A stretch of 64,000 nucleotides of DNA from Eledone cirrhosa (Eukaryota). The notes beneath the pieces are model-generated. The model had not been told where the DNA came from and did not search any database. It saw only the letters and a program-made list of their open reading frames with translations. Each line of letters opens with the position of its first letter. Position 1 is the first letter of the stretch. Both the position numbers and the translations under genes were made by a program. The DNA is taken from the NCBI GenBank assembly GCA_964016885.1, contig OZ024743.1, positions 252,464,001-252,528,000 of the forward strand, read 5' to 3'. This document shows positions 1 to 13,296 of the stretch, in pieces.

Positions 1-1185
1 AGAATGTCTTGCTAATGTGACTTCATGTACCACAGGACGTTAAGATTTGAAGGTGGTAGTAGTAGTAGTAGTAGTGGAGGTGGTAGTAGTGGTGGTGGTG
101 GTAGTGATGGTGTTGGTGGTGATGGTGGTGTTGGTGGTGATGTTGATGGTAGCAGTAAGTGAGTGGTTTAAAACTGTGACAATGTAAGGCAAGCATTCAT
201 CTGACATAAAGGTATTACTTCAAGTGAAGAAAAAGTCATCCAATTATAAAGAGGTGATAACTAATTAGTGAATTCATCTGTCTTCCCCTGCCCTTACCTG
301 TTTTCAGCACCTAAGGAAGAATGTTCAAAATATTCTAGTTCAAAGAGAAGAGACATCTTTTTTAGTGCAATCACAATTATTAATGAATACAAAAGTAAAA
401 AATCTAGTGTATTTTTAAAAAGTACAAAACAGAACTATGACTGCATCAATTTAAAAATTAAAGCTTTTATCCTAATACTATAGTATTACAATTTATCCAT
501 TAGTAGATATACTATAAACATTCGAATTATCAAACCAGCACTACAACTGCATCATATTAAAAATTAAATTCATTACTCCAATATTGTATAATGGTCTGTT
601 CACTAATATAGATACTATAAACATTTGAATTTTAAAATCTGTTTGAAATATTTTCTCCTAAATCATTACAGGATTTAAGGGATATGATATTAAAACTTAT
701 ATATTATGGAAAAATATTTGCTACAGAAAAGAGAAAAAAGAAGGACAAATAAAGAAAGGTTAAAGAAATAAAAAAAAAGTAGGAAAGGTATAAAAGAAAA
801 GGATAGGAGTTGATTGTCAGATCAAAAACGAAGGAAGCATTATTTCCATTGATCTTCCTATTGCTGAAACTATCTGCCAGTTGTAACCCTGAAAGGAGGT
901 GGTCAGATTTAAACTCTGAATGTACAGAACCAAATCAAATACTGCAAAGCATACTATCTGATTCTTCAGCAATTTTGCCAATCCACCACCCACACTGGAT
1001 TAGTACTTTATTTAGCAACCCTGAAAGGATAAAAGACAAAGATAACCTTGGTGAGATTTGAACAGAGAGCACTGTCAGCTGGAACAAATACAGAGGTAGT
1101 CAATATAATGTCTTAACCACTGCCAATTCTTCATCTAAAGATATTGAAAGAAAACTAATAGAAGAGGAAGAGAAAGATATATATA

Positions 1186-1246
<61 letters not shown>

Positions 1247-1291
1247 ATGAAAGAGCAAAGAGAAGAGGAAGAGAGAACTAATACTATACAG

Positions 1292-1765
1292 CAGGGTTTC
1301 CCAACATTTTTTTCAGCCACCACCCAAAGGCACAAACTTTCAGCACAAACATGTTTGTCAAAAGCCAGTTTCGTCCAAAATTCTGAGCACCATTCTTTAT
1401 ATATTTGCACACAAATACACACATTCAGCTTTTTGCTTTTATTCATTGTTCTTTTTTTTGTTTTTCTTTTAGTCGTCTGTCACCATTCATCTGTTTTTTG
1501 TTTTTGCTTTGGGAGTTTCACTTTAGCAACACCAGTTACACATGCTGCCAGGAATTCGCTCGGTGTGACCAGAGTGGAATAAGTGTTTGTTAAATTTTTG
1601 AAAATTCAAAAAAAAGGATATATTTGAAAGAAAAAAAATGGATAAATGCCCACCGCCCACCTGAATATATTAACTGTTCCCCAAATGAAATAAAAAATCC
1701 CAGTGCCCCCTTTCAATACAACAGAGCCCACAAGAGGGCACTAGCGCGCACGTTGGGAAAGACTG
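1292..1765. mobile_element. Non-autonomous hAT (Charlie-like) DNA transposon / MITE
   Basis: Imperfect TIRs CAGGGTTTCCCAAC (1292) and GTTGGGAAAGACTG (ends 1765); perfect 8-bp TSD CTATACAG at 1284-1291 and 1766-1773, the hAT-typical length. Confidence 0.85.
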
Positions 1766-2209
1766 CTATACAGGATCAAGATGGATGATGTGATTGAGTC
1801 AAACAAAGCTGAGTGAGTCTGACCAGATGACACTAATCACATCCCAAGTTCAAATCCCACTAAAGTTAAAAACAACAAAACACACCCTGATTTTGTATAA
1901 CACTATATGCTTTAACCGAAAGGATATAATTTGTTTTGTTTTATTTTTACACTTTTTAGTCAGGTAAGTAGACTAAGTTGAGCACCTGGCTAAAATGCTC
2001 ATAAGGCAGTGCTAAATAAAGGGTGAAGGATAGAGTCTACCACAAAAAATAGGCCGCAATAAAATTTGAACTCAGAACAGAAAGAGACAGAACAAATAGC
2101 AAAAGTTATCTCGTCTAATGCTCTAAGAAGTTCACCAACACACTGCAAAATGGAACATCAAGAAGATGAAGCCACACACACACGCCGACATTCGTAAGGT
2201 TATGACCTC

Positions 2210-2249
2210 AGGTGCTGATGACATTTTAATGTAAAATGCAGCTTCACTT
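2210..2249 (+). ncRNA. Decayed minimal hammerhead ribozyme motif (probable PLE 3' remnant)
   Basis: AGGTG-CTGATGA-CATT tt AATG-t-AAAA...-CACTT: stem I and stem II pair, but G12 is missing (AAAA instead of GAAA). Confidence 0.35.
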
Positions 2250-2526
2250 ATAAGGAAATGGTGGAAATAGAAAAATATCTTGAAGAGTTCTTTATTCTCG
2301 AAATACATACACATACTTAGTAGTGGGTGGATGCGGGAAACATAATGTTATATGCAGATTGGGCAACTAAAGCTTGCAGAACCCATCCTCCTTCAGGTTT
2401 GAACACTGACAATTTTTTCCAGAGAAGAAGAGAGTGAGAAAGCAATGTAGAATATAAATGTGTATATATGCATTCACACATTCATATTCATATATATTTT
2501 GTGTATGTGTGTGTGTATTGTCTACT

Positions 2527-2594
<68 letters not shown>

Positions 2595-2625
2595 GAGAGA
2601 GAGTGAGAGAGAGAGAGAGAGAGAG

Positions 2626-2668
<43 letters not shown>

Positions 2669-2721
2669 AGTAGACAATAAACAACATCCCGTCCTGCCTA
2701 AGCAGTATACACATATATATA

Positions 2722-2753
<32 letters not shown>

Positions 2754-3689
2754 TATACACACACATATATATAGATGCATATATACATACATTTTTACTC
2801 ACCATCTTTTTATGGTGAACCAGTCACTGAAACAACTACAATAATCCCTAGAAATTATATGAAATAGTCATAAAAAAGAAATAATATATATTTTTGTGGT
2901 ATTTTCATGTAGCTAGAAGTACAAGTGCGATGAGAGCAATAATCATATGGCGAAATATAGATGAAGGCAAACCAAACAAGACAAGGAAGGGAAGAGAGGT
3001 GGAATGAATATATTGGTACAATTTAACAGTATGATATAAATTGTACCCATTTTTTGGTAGACCACTCATAGAGTCTCAACAAGTATTGGATAATGAAAAA
3101 AAGCAAAGTAGAAAAAAAAAGAGGAAAATTTTATACATTTCCGATCATATTTTTTGTACATATAAAATAAGTTCTATAAGTGAAAAAAAAAAAATGAACC
3201 AAAGCCATGTTTGGTATTATGTGTAAGTTTGAGTGGTCTCATGATAAAGATAAAAGTCCTTTACTGAAGAGGAGAGAGAAAAAATGTATTTTGATTTCAT
3301 TTTATTCTTGTTTTACTGGTTTTTGGTAATTTTTTAAAGCCCCATACTCATTTTATCAACCTCAATTTACTCGAACTGCTAAGTTATGTGACATAAACAA
3401 AGACATGTACACGCACACACATTATAATAATTGTTTCTGATGTAGACACAAGGCCAGCATATTTTTTTTTTGGGGGGGGAGGTCGATTGAATCGACCCCA
3501 GACTATTGCTGGTGTTTATTTTCTCGACCCTGTAGGGCAAAGCTAACCTTGGCAGGAATAATAACTGATGGATGTCAAAGAGGAAATAGTTGAGACATTT
3601 TCATTTGAAATTTTGTTGTTATAACTGTCTTCACCTAAAATGATACTCTTGTCCCCGATCCACTCTATCTCACTTTATATATATATATA

Positions 3690-4275
3690 CATAAACGTTA
3701 GAATATGTGTAATAAGGCCAAGACAATGCAGATATGGACATAGAAAAAGAATGCAATAGTGAGAGATATTGGTGAGAATTAGTCTTTCACCTTGAATTTA
3801 TTTAAATGTCCTTAATTTTCGAGATAATATCTCTTCTTCGGAGGGAAGTAAAAGTCTCAGACCAGCGTCTAAATTTCCAATGAAGCCATGCTGACCGGAA
3901 ATAGTATAGAGTTCTAACTTTAATATCAAAGAATTAAAATTAGGTGGGTAAAGAGTAGTCTCCCTTTAAGAGGGGTTTGTTTATGTTTTTGTTGTGTTAT
4001 GTAAATTTTATATGCGTGCCTGTATATGTGTGTGGGAGAAAGCATGAAGGTGTAGGTATGTGTGTGTGTGTGAGTGTGGGAAGATAGGTCTAATCGTAAA
4101 AGTGGGGGGTAGGTGTTATCTGGTGTTAGAACTGGTTTTGTGTGTGTATGTGTGAGAGAGAATAAGTGGGGGTGTGTGTGGGGTGTGTAAAGTGGGGCTA
4201 GAGGCCCTATCAGGTTATAAATTGGGTGTTATAACCTCCTCCTATATATTGGGTGTTATAACCTCCTCCTATATA
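3690..4275 (-). mobile_element. Penelope-like/retrozyme-like 3' remnant between (TA)n tracts
   Basis: Contains a minimal HHR followed by AATAAA on the minus strand; homologous to 38020-38210; flanked by TA microsatellites. Confidence 0.55.
3810..3844 (-). ncRNA. Minimal type I hammerhead motif with CCGAAGA (U4C) core
   Basis: Minus strand CCT-CCGAAGA-A-GAGAT att ATCTC-GAAA-ATT-A-AGG: 3-bp stem I, 5-bp stem II, palindromic AATT stem III; identical copy at 38142-38176. Confidence 0.6.
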
Positions 4276-4493
4276 TATATATATTTTGAAGTTGGTAGTT
4301 TACCACTGGACAGAACTTTTCATTCTGTGTAGTTAACCATGATATGTAATAGTATGAAAAGCGCTCAACGTGGTGCAACTCAATCATCATTGGTGTAAGA
4401 TTTTGTTGATGGTGTGTGGATGGAGTTAAACATTGTTGAATAAAACAACAGGAGGCCGGAAAGTTGAAATTCCTTTACAGTTTTTTTCTTTAG

Positions 4494-4545
4494 ACGCTAT
4501 ATATATTTCGATGACCAGTAAGATTCCAGTGACATCACCAGGTGC
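4494..4545 (-). ncRNA. Decayed hammerhead motif
   Basis: Minus strand gcac-CTGGTGA-tg...catc-GAAA-TATATAT-A-gcgt; core mutated (A6G) and stem I mismatched. Confidence 0.3.
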
Positions 4546-4895
4546 ATTGCAAAACAGTTATAAAGGAAACATGGTAAATACATGTTGTGTACACGGAGAC
4601 ATAAATAAAAATAAAAATACTTGATTAGGGAGCAGCCTACGTACATTTCTTTAGACTTGCTTCCCCATGTTTATATATATCAAATGTAAGTGTACAATCC
4701 AATCAAGAAGAGATTAAAGATTAGTCGCCAGTAGTGAAAAGGATAGTGTGCTCAATACGTATAAAATGCAAGACAAGCGTTCAGTGAAAGCAAGCAAGAG
4801 AAATATAAGCCATGCACAAAGTATATAGGCAGAACATGAATATAAAACTTATAGGGGAAGAATAGACAACCAAATTCTTGAACAAATATTTATTC

Positions 4896-5010
4896 GTTTA
4901 CAATTGTTTCAAAGGACAAATCACAACTCGATCCATAAAAACAAAACCTATCAACCGATAGGCATAGGTGATATTAAAATCCAACTATAATCGGACAGCA
5001 TCTTTAGAAC
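4896..5010 (-). ncRNA. Decayed long-stem-II hammerhead at the 3' end of the Naiad-type PLE
   Basis: Minus strand GTT-CTAAAGA (G5A)-long imperfect hairpin-GAAA-CAATTGT-A-AAC then GAATAAA; palindromic stem III ACAATTGT. Confidence 0.55.
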
Positions 5011-5899
5011 ACAAAAAGAATATAAACAGAAATTTCAAAAATATATCTCACTGATGGAGGAAACTAGAAACAAATATGAAACGCGTACCATACTATTTAA
5101 CAATAGAAGGATTAAATTGGAAGGATGAAACATTATTATTTGAAGAAACGTGTTAAGCACATAAATTTTGGTGGATTGACATAATCAGAAGTAAGCAAGT
5201 ATAAATGGAGACTATTCATTTCTACAAATAAATTAAAATGAAAAAGGAGTACATAGAATTAGAAATTATAGTTGATATAATTAGGTTACAATTAAAGAAA
5301 GATGCAAGGTGTTAGTAGAAATAAATCATTAATATACGACATAACGTGCAAAATCACTTAAACTAGTTAATATGACACAATCGTTTAAGTACAAATTAAT
5401 TAAGGAAAAGAACATATTTTTTCCCAATGCATTAACAAAAATATTTTTAAAATATAAAAAAATAAAATAAGTGGTTGGATAAGGATAGAAGAAAAAATGC
5501 TTATTAATCATATAGGTATACCAGGGTATAACACGTCAGTCAATTAAACATGTGTTTATCTAGTGTGTGTGTTAAGTTTAGTCAGGGTTCATAATAAATA
5601 GTATTAAAGGGAAGTATGTGATGTTAAAATAGCTACAACCTACAGTAACTTAAAAAGAATGTAAATCTAAAGAGAAGGGATAGGAGAGATTAACAAGAAA
5701 AAAAATCCCCATTAATCTATGAAAAATTGTTTAGAGTATTTGAATGAGGTGTAATAGACAAATATACAAGGTGGGGATAATAATTATTTTAGTTAGAGTG
5801 TGAACAGAATAAACATCAATATAAAATAAGTTAGGAGGGTAGGTAGAATAGGTAAAAAATGTAAAATGGTTGCTAAGTCAACTATTAGAATCTAGGAGG

Positions 5900-6300
5900 G
5901 ACCAAAATCTCTGTTAAAGAATGAGTAGGCCAATCGATGATGGCAATTAATTACAATTTCATTGCGATCATTAATTGGGCTAGGCTTGGACATAGATCGC
6001 AATGCCCTTTGTGACCACTGTATAGGGAGGATTTAGCTAAGATATCCCAGACTAAAGAGTATTCGGTATAAGACACCACCAGCTCATTAATATATCTTGA
6101 TAAAGACGTGGTATCTTTTAATATTCTATTCTTAAAGGAATTGATATGGGAATTAAATCGAGTCTTAAATATGTTAGCAGTAGTTCCAATGTACGTTTTT
6201 GTGTCACTTTGGGTGTGAACAGTGCATCTAGATACTACGTTCTTAGTAAGATATCGACCGTCAAGAGGGCAGTTATTACGATTTCTACAATTACAGTTTA
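5900..6300 (-). pseudogene. PLE GIY-YIG endonuclease remnant
   Basis: Manual translation NCNCRNRNNCPLDGRYLTKNVVSRCTV...TYIGTTANIFKTRFNSHINSF...TSLSRYI...WDILAKSSLYSGHKGHCDLC; not present in the ORF track. Confidence 0.88.
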
Positions 6301-7679
6301 ACTGGAGGCAGTGGAGTTAGTAGGTAAGGGGTTAGAAATAGTAAGAGAATTACTTGAAGGAGAGGTGAGAGGGGAGTTAATAGAAGACATACCTAAGTTC
6401 CTTAATAGAAGACATACCTATTAGTATCCAAAGGTTCAAATAGTAGAGGTAGATTAAAACTAAGGGAAGCACGATGCTTATTTAATTTTTTATTGTTACT
6501 AAAAGCGATATGGTCTGCAAGGTTAGAGGTAGTTGAGAAATAAATTTTAATATCATTTTGGGTAAATAATGTATAGTATTTATCATTACGTGGGCAATTG
6601 CTGCGAACGATGGAGAAGAACCTTTTAGGGAGGTTAGACGCCATGCTACGGGAGAACAGAGCATTATGCCAGGAAATATTTCTAGATATTTTACGTTGAC
6701 GAGTACTTCCGGTGCACAGAGGGTTTACAGGTGTATATAGAATATATTTTAAGCTATTATTTGTACTAATGTGTGAATTTTTACTATTGTAGGAAACCAG
6801 TTGGATATCTACTACATTTAATTTTGAACTCATTGCTAGGAGTGGGTAGCAAGCCATTGTTACAAGAAGTCCTGTTCTTTCTATTTCTGTTTTATATCTA
6901 TTATTATTAGAAAGACTAATCTGTGCTGTTACATTATTATTAAGTAAACTCTGGGTAGATAGAACAGTAGGGAGGTAATAAATCTTATCATTATAGCCTG
7001 ATCTGGAAAGACCCTCATTGTAGTACTAAGCTATTTCGTTCTTATGGATCGAATTGTGATTTGACCCTTGAAACAATTGTAAACGAATAAATATTTTTTC
7101 AAGAATTTCGTTGTTTATTCTTCCACTATAATTTAAATTTATATATATATATATATATAAGGGTTTAGATCGATATCCAGTGATTTAAATCTTGTTTACA
7201 ATTTTCTCAACAAATTCATTTGCAGCACACATATAAGATTAATTGTAAGACAACATTTACAGCCAGAAGCCTAATCTACGAGAACAGAGCAATTAACGTA
7301 TCGTAAGATCAACACATGAAAACGTTAAAGTACTCATAATTTAATCTATTGAAACAGCCAGTATCCTCCTAGTTTAGCACATGAAAATCATTCGGAATAC
7401 AAAAATCTATGTCTAAGCTGGTACAGAAGTTTCGAATTATGAGGCGTTTCCATAATCTTAATCTGCCTTGATAAGTTGATATGTGAACATATGAGAAAAT
7501 ATATTGAAGTTGAATTATCCCGATTTCTACATTGGATTAGTGATTCTTATCGCTTATGGTACCTACTACAGTTGATCACGACAGGAAAAACTAGGAAAAG
7601 TAATTTGATGACACGTTCTTCGATTCCATGCTACAAAAATTCACCAATCTAACTAACAGAAACTGGTTACTACTATAAC

Positions 7680-7823
<144 letters not shown>

Positions 7824-8358
7824 ATATACACACATATATATATATATGTATATATAATTTCTATTTGTGTTATTCTCTGAGGAATTTCCTAACATTTAAA
7901 CAAGGCAATCAAATTTTTTGATGTCAAAAGACAAAAATATTGATGAAGAGAACAGATAAAAATGTACATTCAATGCATACACTCCAGATTGCACACACCA
8001 ATACACACTATATACTTACATACATACATACATCAATGCTCAATAATCAATTATTTTACTTATACACACAAAGACAACTATAAAATTCTAATCGTTACAC
8101 AAGCAGGTTTAACACTATGATTAAAGGTTGTAATTGAATCACAAAAGTGTGTGTTTTATGTCAACAAATAAAACATCTTTAATTAAAAATTATGAGATAG
8201 ATCTTTACAAAATAATCAAATAAATACTATTTAACACCTGAAACATAAAAAAAAATCTTGTTATTTTCAATTTATTGAAGTTTTTAATTCAATAATTTGT
8301 TTTTATCTTTTGCTACTGACAATAAATAATGTAGGAAGCAAAACATAAGAAGAGAACG

Positions 8359-8449
<91 letters not shown>
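8359..8449 (+). repeat. (AAT)n tract, left flank/target of the Dong-like LINE
   Basis: About 30 perfect AAT units immediately 5' of the LINE coding sequence. Confidence 0.98.
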
Positions 8450-8453
<4 letters not shown>

Positions 8454-11010
8454 ACTAGGAGGAAAAAGCTAAATATTATCATAGAGGAACTGAAGCAAAG
8501 CATTGTAGCAAAGAGTGCAAAAATCAGGCGATACGAGAACAGGGTCAGCCAGTATAGACAGAACCGCATGTTCGACAACAACCAGAAGATGTTGTTTGGA
8601 CAGCTTGAAAGGAAAGAAAGAGGCAACGACTTGATCCCTGAGGCGGAACAAACTAAAACATTCTGGAGAGGAATATGGGAGCAGGATGTTAAACATAATG
8701 ACCAAGCAGTGTGGATTGAGACAGTACAGAAGGAGATTAGTGAACAGGCACACCAACAAACTGATTTGAGTATCACAGTTGAAACTCTTAAGGGGCAGGC
8801 CAAAAAACTAACCAACTGGAAATCACCAGGCCCAGATGGTGTGCAGGGGTATTGGATTAAAAATATAACATCCCTCCACCCGAAACTGACAACCATGTTC
8901 AATGACTGCTTGATGTCAGGTGAGGTACCAGAGTGGTTGACAAAAGGTACCACAGTTCTGATAATGAAAGACCGAATCAAGGGTAATGATGTTACCAACT
9001 ATAGACCTATCACATGTCTGTCCGTAATGTGGAAACTGTTGACAAGCATTATGTCTGAGGAAATCTACCATCACCTCCACACAAAAAACTTGTTACCGGA
9101 CGAACAGAAAGGATGCCGAAAGAAGTCACGTGGTACAAAGGACCAGTTACTTATTGATAAGATGGTAATGAGGAATTGCAAGAGGAGACACACTGGTCTT
9201 ACCATGGGATGGATAGACTACAAAAAGGCATTTGACATGGTGCCTCATTCTTGGATCACCAAAAGCCTGGAGATCTTCAAGGTGGCAGATAACATCAGAC
9301 AGTTGTTGGGCAAAAGTATGAAGTCCTGGGAAACAGAGTTAACATCAACTGGAGAATCCTTGGGAAGCGTGAAGATCAAGAGAAGTATCTTCCAGGGAGA
9401 TAGTCTGTCCCCTCTGTTGTTTGTCCTTGCCCAGATGCCCCTGACCAGTGTACTGCGTGAGAGCAGGATACAGGTTGGGAAAGGGAGGGCTTACCATCAA
9501 TCACCTCCTCTTCATGGACGATCTTAAGCTCTAAGAGTGAGAAGGAGTTGGATGTGCTTGTTGACACTGTCCGTATTTTCACCAATGATATATGTATGCA
9601 ATTTGATAGTAGTAAGTGTGGAGTCATTGTGATGCAGAGGGGTAAATTGAGCAGAAGCCACGGAATTCAGGTACCAACAGGTGAGATGATAAAGGAAATT
9701 GACTCTGAAGAAGGATACAAGTATTTGGGCGTTCTGGAGGCTGATGACATCAAGAACAAAAAAATGAAGGAATTGATAAGAACTGAATACATTGGGAGAG
9801 TAATGAGCGTATTAAAGTCACATCTGAACAGTAGGAATGCCATAAGTGCAGTAAATTCCCGAGCTGTGGCTATTATTAGGTACAGTGCGGGAATTCTGAG
9901 ATGGAATGTTGCTGAACAGAAAGAAATGGATAGGAAGACTAGGAAGCTATTGACTACCTACAACATGTTCCACAAGAGGAGTGATGTCGATAGACTCTAC
10001 TTAAGGAGATCTGAGGGTGGAAGAGATCTTATCAGCATAGAGGACTGTGTTCAGATGGAGAAAAACAACCTACACAAATACGTGACTGATAGTAAGGAGC
10101 CAATGCTCAGAACTGTACTGAAGGAGGGGACAATAGGCCAGGGGATGTCCAAGGAGGAAATAACATCAAGGAGAAAGAGCAGCCTTCAGGAAAAATCCCT
10201 TCATAGTACCTTCTTTGAGAAAACTGAATTCAGAGATCCACAGACATGGAACTGGTTGAAAAGCGGAGACCTTAAAAAGGCTACAGAAGGAATGTTAATG
10301 GCTGCGCAGGAGCAGGCCCTCAAAACGAAGTGGTTGAAACACCATATTTACAAGGAGGAGGCTAGCCCACTGTGCAGGATCTGTGGAGAGAGAGAGGAGA
10401 CTGTGGCTCACATTGTATAGCCCAGACTCACTATAAGGGCTGGAGACATGATGTGATGGGCAGGGTGATCCACTGGCACCTATGGAAAGTAAACAATTTA
10501 CCACATTCTGAGAAGTGGTATGAGCATAAGTCAGAGGCGGTGATAGAAAACGATCAGGTGAAGGTGCTGTGGGATTTTAGGATACAGACGGACAAGAAAC
10601 TGGAATACAATAGACCTAACCTGGTGGTTGTGGACAAAGAAAAAAGATCGTGCCTGATTGTGGATGTGGCCTGCCCATTCGACACGAGAGTGCAAGTGAA
10701 GGAGAGGGATAAAATTAACCGATACCAGGACTTAAAGTGGGAGGTAAAAAGGATTTGGAACTGCCATGAAGTCAAAGTGATCCCGATTGTCATTGGCGCA
10801 CTGGGGACTATCTCAAAAAGTTTCCAGGGATGGTTAAAGAAAATTGGCCCCTTCACGCTTTTTGGAATGCTTCAAAAGGCATGCTTTCTGGGAACAGCAA
10901 GAACCCTCCGATATGTCCTGAATATCTGAGGCTGCAGGTGGTGGCTTGATATTCATTTCAACAAACTTTCCAGTTAACTAACATCAATGACTGAGACTCA
11001 AAGAGTAATA
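8450..11010 (+). mobile_element. 5'-truncated R4/Dong-like non-LTR retrotransposon (RT + CCHC + restriction-like endonuclease)
   Basis: RT motifs KSPGPDGVQGYWIK, YRPITCL, EQKGC, WIDYKKAFDMVPH, IFQGDSLSPLLF, HLLFMDDLKL, YKYLGV; CRICGEREETVAHI finger; RLE RP(N)LVVVDK...IVDVACP...K..RYQDL; frameshifts near 9465, 9535, 10420; flanked both sides by (AAT)n as is known for Dong. Confidence 0.93.
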
Positions 11011-11020
11011 ACAACAATAA

Positions 11021-11049
<29 letters not shown>

Positions 11050-11051
<2 letters not shown>

Positions 11052-11146
11052 AATTGTTTCTATTTTTAGGCACAAGGCAAGCAATTACTCAGTACATTAC
11101 TGGTACTTTATTTTATTGACCCCGTAAGGATGAAAGGCAAAGTTAA
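11050..11146 (-). mobile_element. tRNA-derived SINE, 3' fragment
   Basis: Reverse complement of family core CTTTGCCTTTCATCCTTACGGGGTC..AAAATAAAGTACCAG..CCTTGTGCC..AGAAACAATTATT; its tail merges with the LINE (AAT)n tail. Confidence 0.8.
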
Positions 11147-11277
11147 TAATAATAATAACAAGAATGCGCTGTTTGTGGGACATAGTATTTAAATATCTAT
11201 CTGAAACATACAATAAAATGTAGCCAGAAATTCACAACATATATACACAAACATTATACATATGTATATATGTATGT

Positions 11278-11640
11278 CATCATCATCACCATCACCATTT
11301 AATGTCCATTTTTCCATATTAGCATGGGTTAGACGAGTTGTACCGTTGTGAGATATGCCAGGTCAGGTGACCATGTCTTGCTTATACGGAACTGATTTGG
11401 GCTTGGCTTCTATAGCTGGATGCCCTTCCTAATGCCAACCACATTTACAGCAGGTAGTGGGTCATGACACTTACACAACAACATTACAGAGTGGGCAGTA
11501 TGCTTTTTATCATGACACCTACGCGACGACTCCAAAGTGTGGGCTGGGTGGTTTTTGTTGTGATAGCTACACAACCACTTTACAGTGTGGGCTGGGCCCT
11601 TTTTGTCATGTCACCATCACAACCACTTTACAGTGGAGCA
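11278..11640 (-). mobile_element. RTE 3'-UTR/SINE-like fragment with internal ~42-bp tandem repeats and (GAT)n tail
   Basis: Matches 3' UTR of the RTE at 22140-22541; repeated ACAACCACTTTACAGTGTGGGCTGGG units. Confidence 0.7.
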
Positions 11641-11924
11641 CTCTCTTAATAATGAGCAGAGTCAGAAACCATGATCATCAAGAGTTACCCACCCTTGCCT
11701 CTGCTAGAATCCACTAGATGGCTCTAAATGATCAGTTTCTATAATTCATTGCTTAATGCTTTCATTATATTGCTATCTATACATAATACACATACTTATA
11801 TGTATACAGTTATGTTAGAGCAAACACCTTAATTCTCTCTCTGTATATATATGTGTATGTATATATATCCATATATATATGTGTGTATGCGTGTGTGTAT
11901 GTGTTGGTATATCTCAAGCAACAT

Positions 11925-12460
11925 ATTTGTATGTATAGCAAGTTGTGTAAGATATACTGTCAACCTTAGAATAGCAGAGGAGTATTTTATTAGAAAGCCG
12001 GTGCTAACCCTAAACTGTCTGAGTGATTTGGACACATCAAAACACCTATACACATATAGAGAAAGGTAATGGATTTGCCAAGCCAGGAATAATATAGAAC
12101 AATATAGTCTGATGAAGGATTTATAATCTAAATGCTTTCACTGTCAAATGAACAATACTGACCCATCAACTCGGTTTGTAGACTGTATCCATGTGACTGT
12201 TCACAGTAACTATACAAACACTAATCTTAATTCTAACTCTAACTGTAATTTTAATTCTAGCATTAACTTTCGCGCACATATTTTTTTATACTTCTACCTA
12301 TACATAAATGAACAATACAGCACAAGACATTATTTTCTAAACACTTTTTATCTTTTTATTGGATTTTATTATATTCTAGCTTCTCCATCTCAGCTCTCTA
12401 TAACTTACTCTTCTTACCTTGCCCTGAACTGCACACATTAGAACAAACTACAAAACACAC
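11925..12460 (+). mobile_element. PLE 3' fragment: GIY-YIG C-terminus plus decayed minimal hammerhead (12104-12144)
   Basis: LRIAEEYFIRKPVLTLN resembles the PLE endonuclease end (R..E..I...P.LN); downstream ATAGT-CTGATGA-A-GGATT tat AATCT-AAA..TTC-ACTGT with G12 lost. Confidence 0.55.
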
Positions 12461-13296
12461 GATACTTATATATCACCATAATCATCATCACCATGTAATG
12501 TTTGTTTTTCAATGCTTGTGTGGGTTAGGCACATCGTCCACATTATGAGGCAAAACTGGCCAGTTGATCATGCTAGTTGGTACTTTTTTCAAATGGAACT
12601 GTGTTTTGGCTGAGATTTCTTACATCTGGATGCACTTCCTAAAACCAACAATGTTTACAGTGTGGTACTGGGTGGTCTCATTATGAGGAAGGTCTGGTCA
12701 GTTGAGTTTTTATGCTGGGTGCCCTTATAAAGCCTCAAACAGGTTTACTGTATAGAACCGGAGGAGGGGGCTATTATGAAGTAAGTCTAACCAGTTTACC
12801 ACATCATGTCTTACTCATAATGAAACCCTATGTTAGCTGGGATTTACAGTTGGATGTCCTTTTCTAACACCAACCACATTTACAGTATGGAACTGGGCAT
12901 TACCATCATGTTTTTTATGGTTGCTGGAATGAGTTGTCAGCTTAGGTCTTCTGTCATCTGTTGTAGCACCAGCAGTCTTGGTCTTGGGTCATCTATCTTC
13001 AGAGGTTCAACTGTGCCAGGTCAGTCTTTATCATTTCATCCTACGTTTTCCTAGGTTTTCTTCTTCCAGGTAGCCAACAATTTCAAGCACCTTGCTCCTT
13101 TTTATACATGTGCATCACATGTCCATACCTTTGCAGTCTTCTCTCCATCATACAGCGATGTGATCCCTCTAATGCCCAATTTCATTCTCAGTTCATTTAC
13201 ACTTCACCATTCATACACACTACTATTACACATCCATCGAAGCACACATACTCCCTTTCTTTCCAACTTTCCAATCTATGTAATATATATATATAT

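Larger units (their letters stand above)
4850..7135 (-). mobile_element. 5'-truncated Penelope-like retroelement (Naiad-type) with inverted terminal arm
   Basis: Minus-strand remnants of RT thumb (YYNEGLSRSGYNDKIYY, ~7030-6975), linker (RNISWHNALFS...KIYFSTTSNL...SNNKKL, ~6690-6480) and GIY-YIG; ~90-bp inverted repeat 4853-4942 vs 7040-7130; (TA)n at 7140. Confidence 0.85.

Noticed and set aside
433-636. Diverged ~105-bp tandem duplication
   Set aside because: AT-rich, two copies only, no structure or coding signal.
5050-5092. Plus-strand CTGATGG...GAAACGCGTA as an antisense hammerhead in the Naiad-type element
   Set aside because: Core deviates, and neither stem I nor stem II pairs.
5900-6300. 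Selenocysteine-encoding Naiad
   Set aside because: Cys positions I could read use TGT/TGC; no in-frame TGA at conserved Cys and no SECIS recognised.
7300-7670. Additional PLE endonuclease remnant on the minus strand
   Set aside because: Only faint similarity requiring several frameshifts; cannot support without a search.
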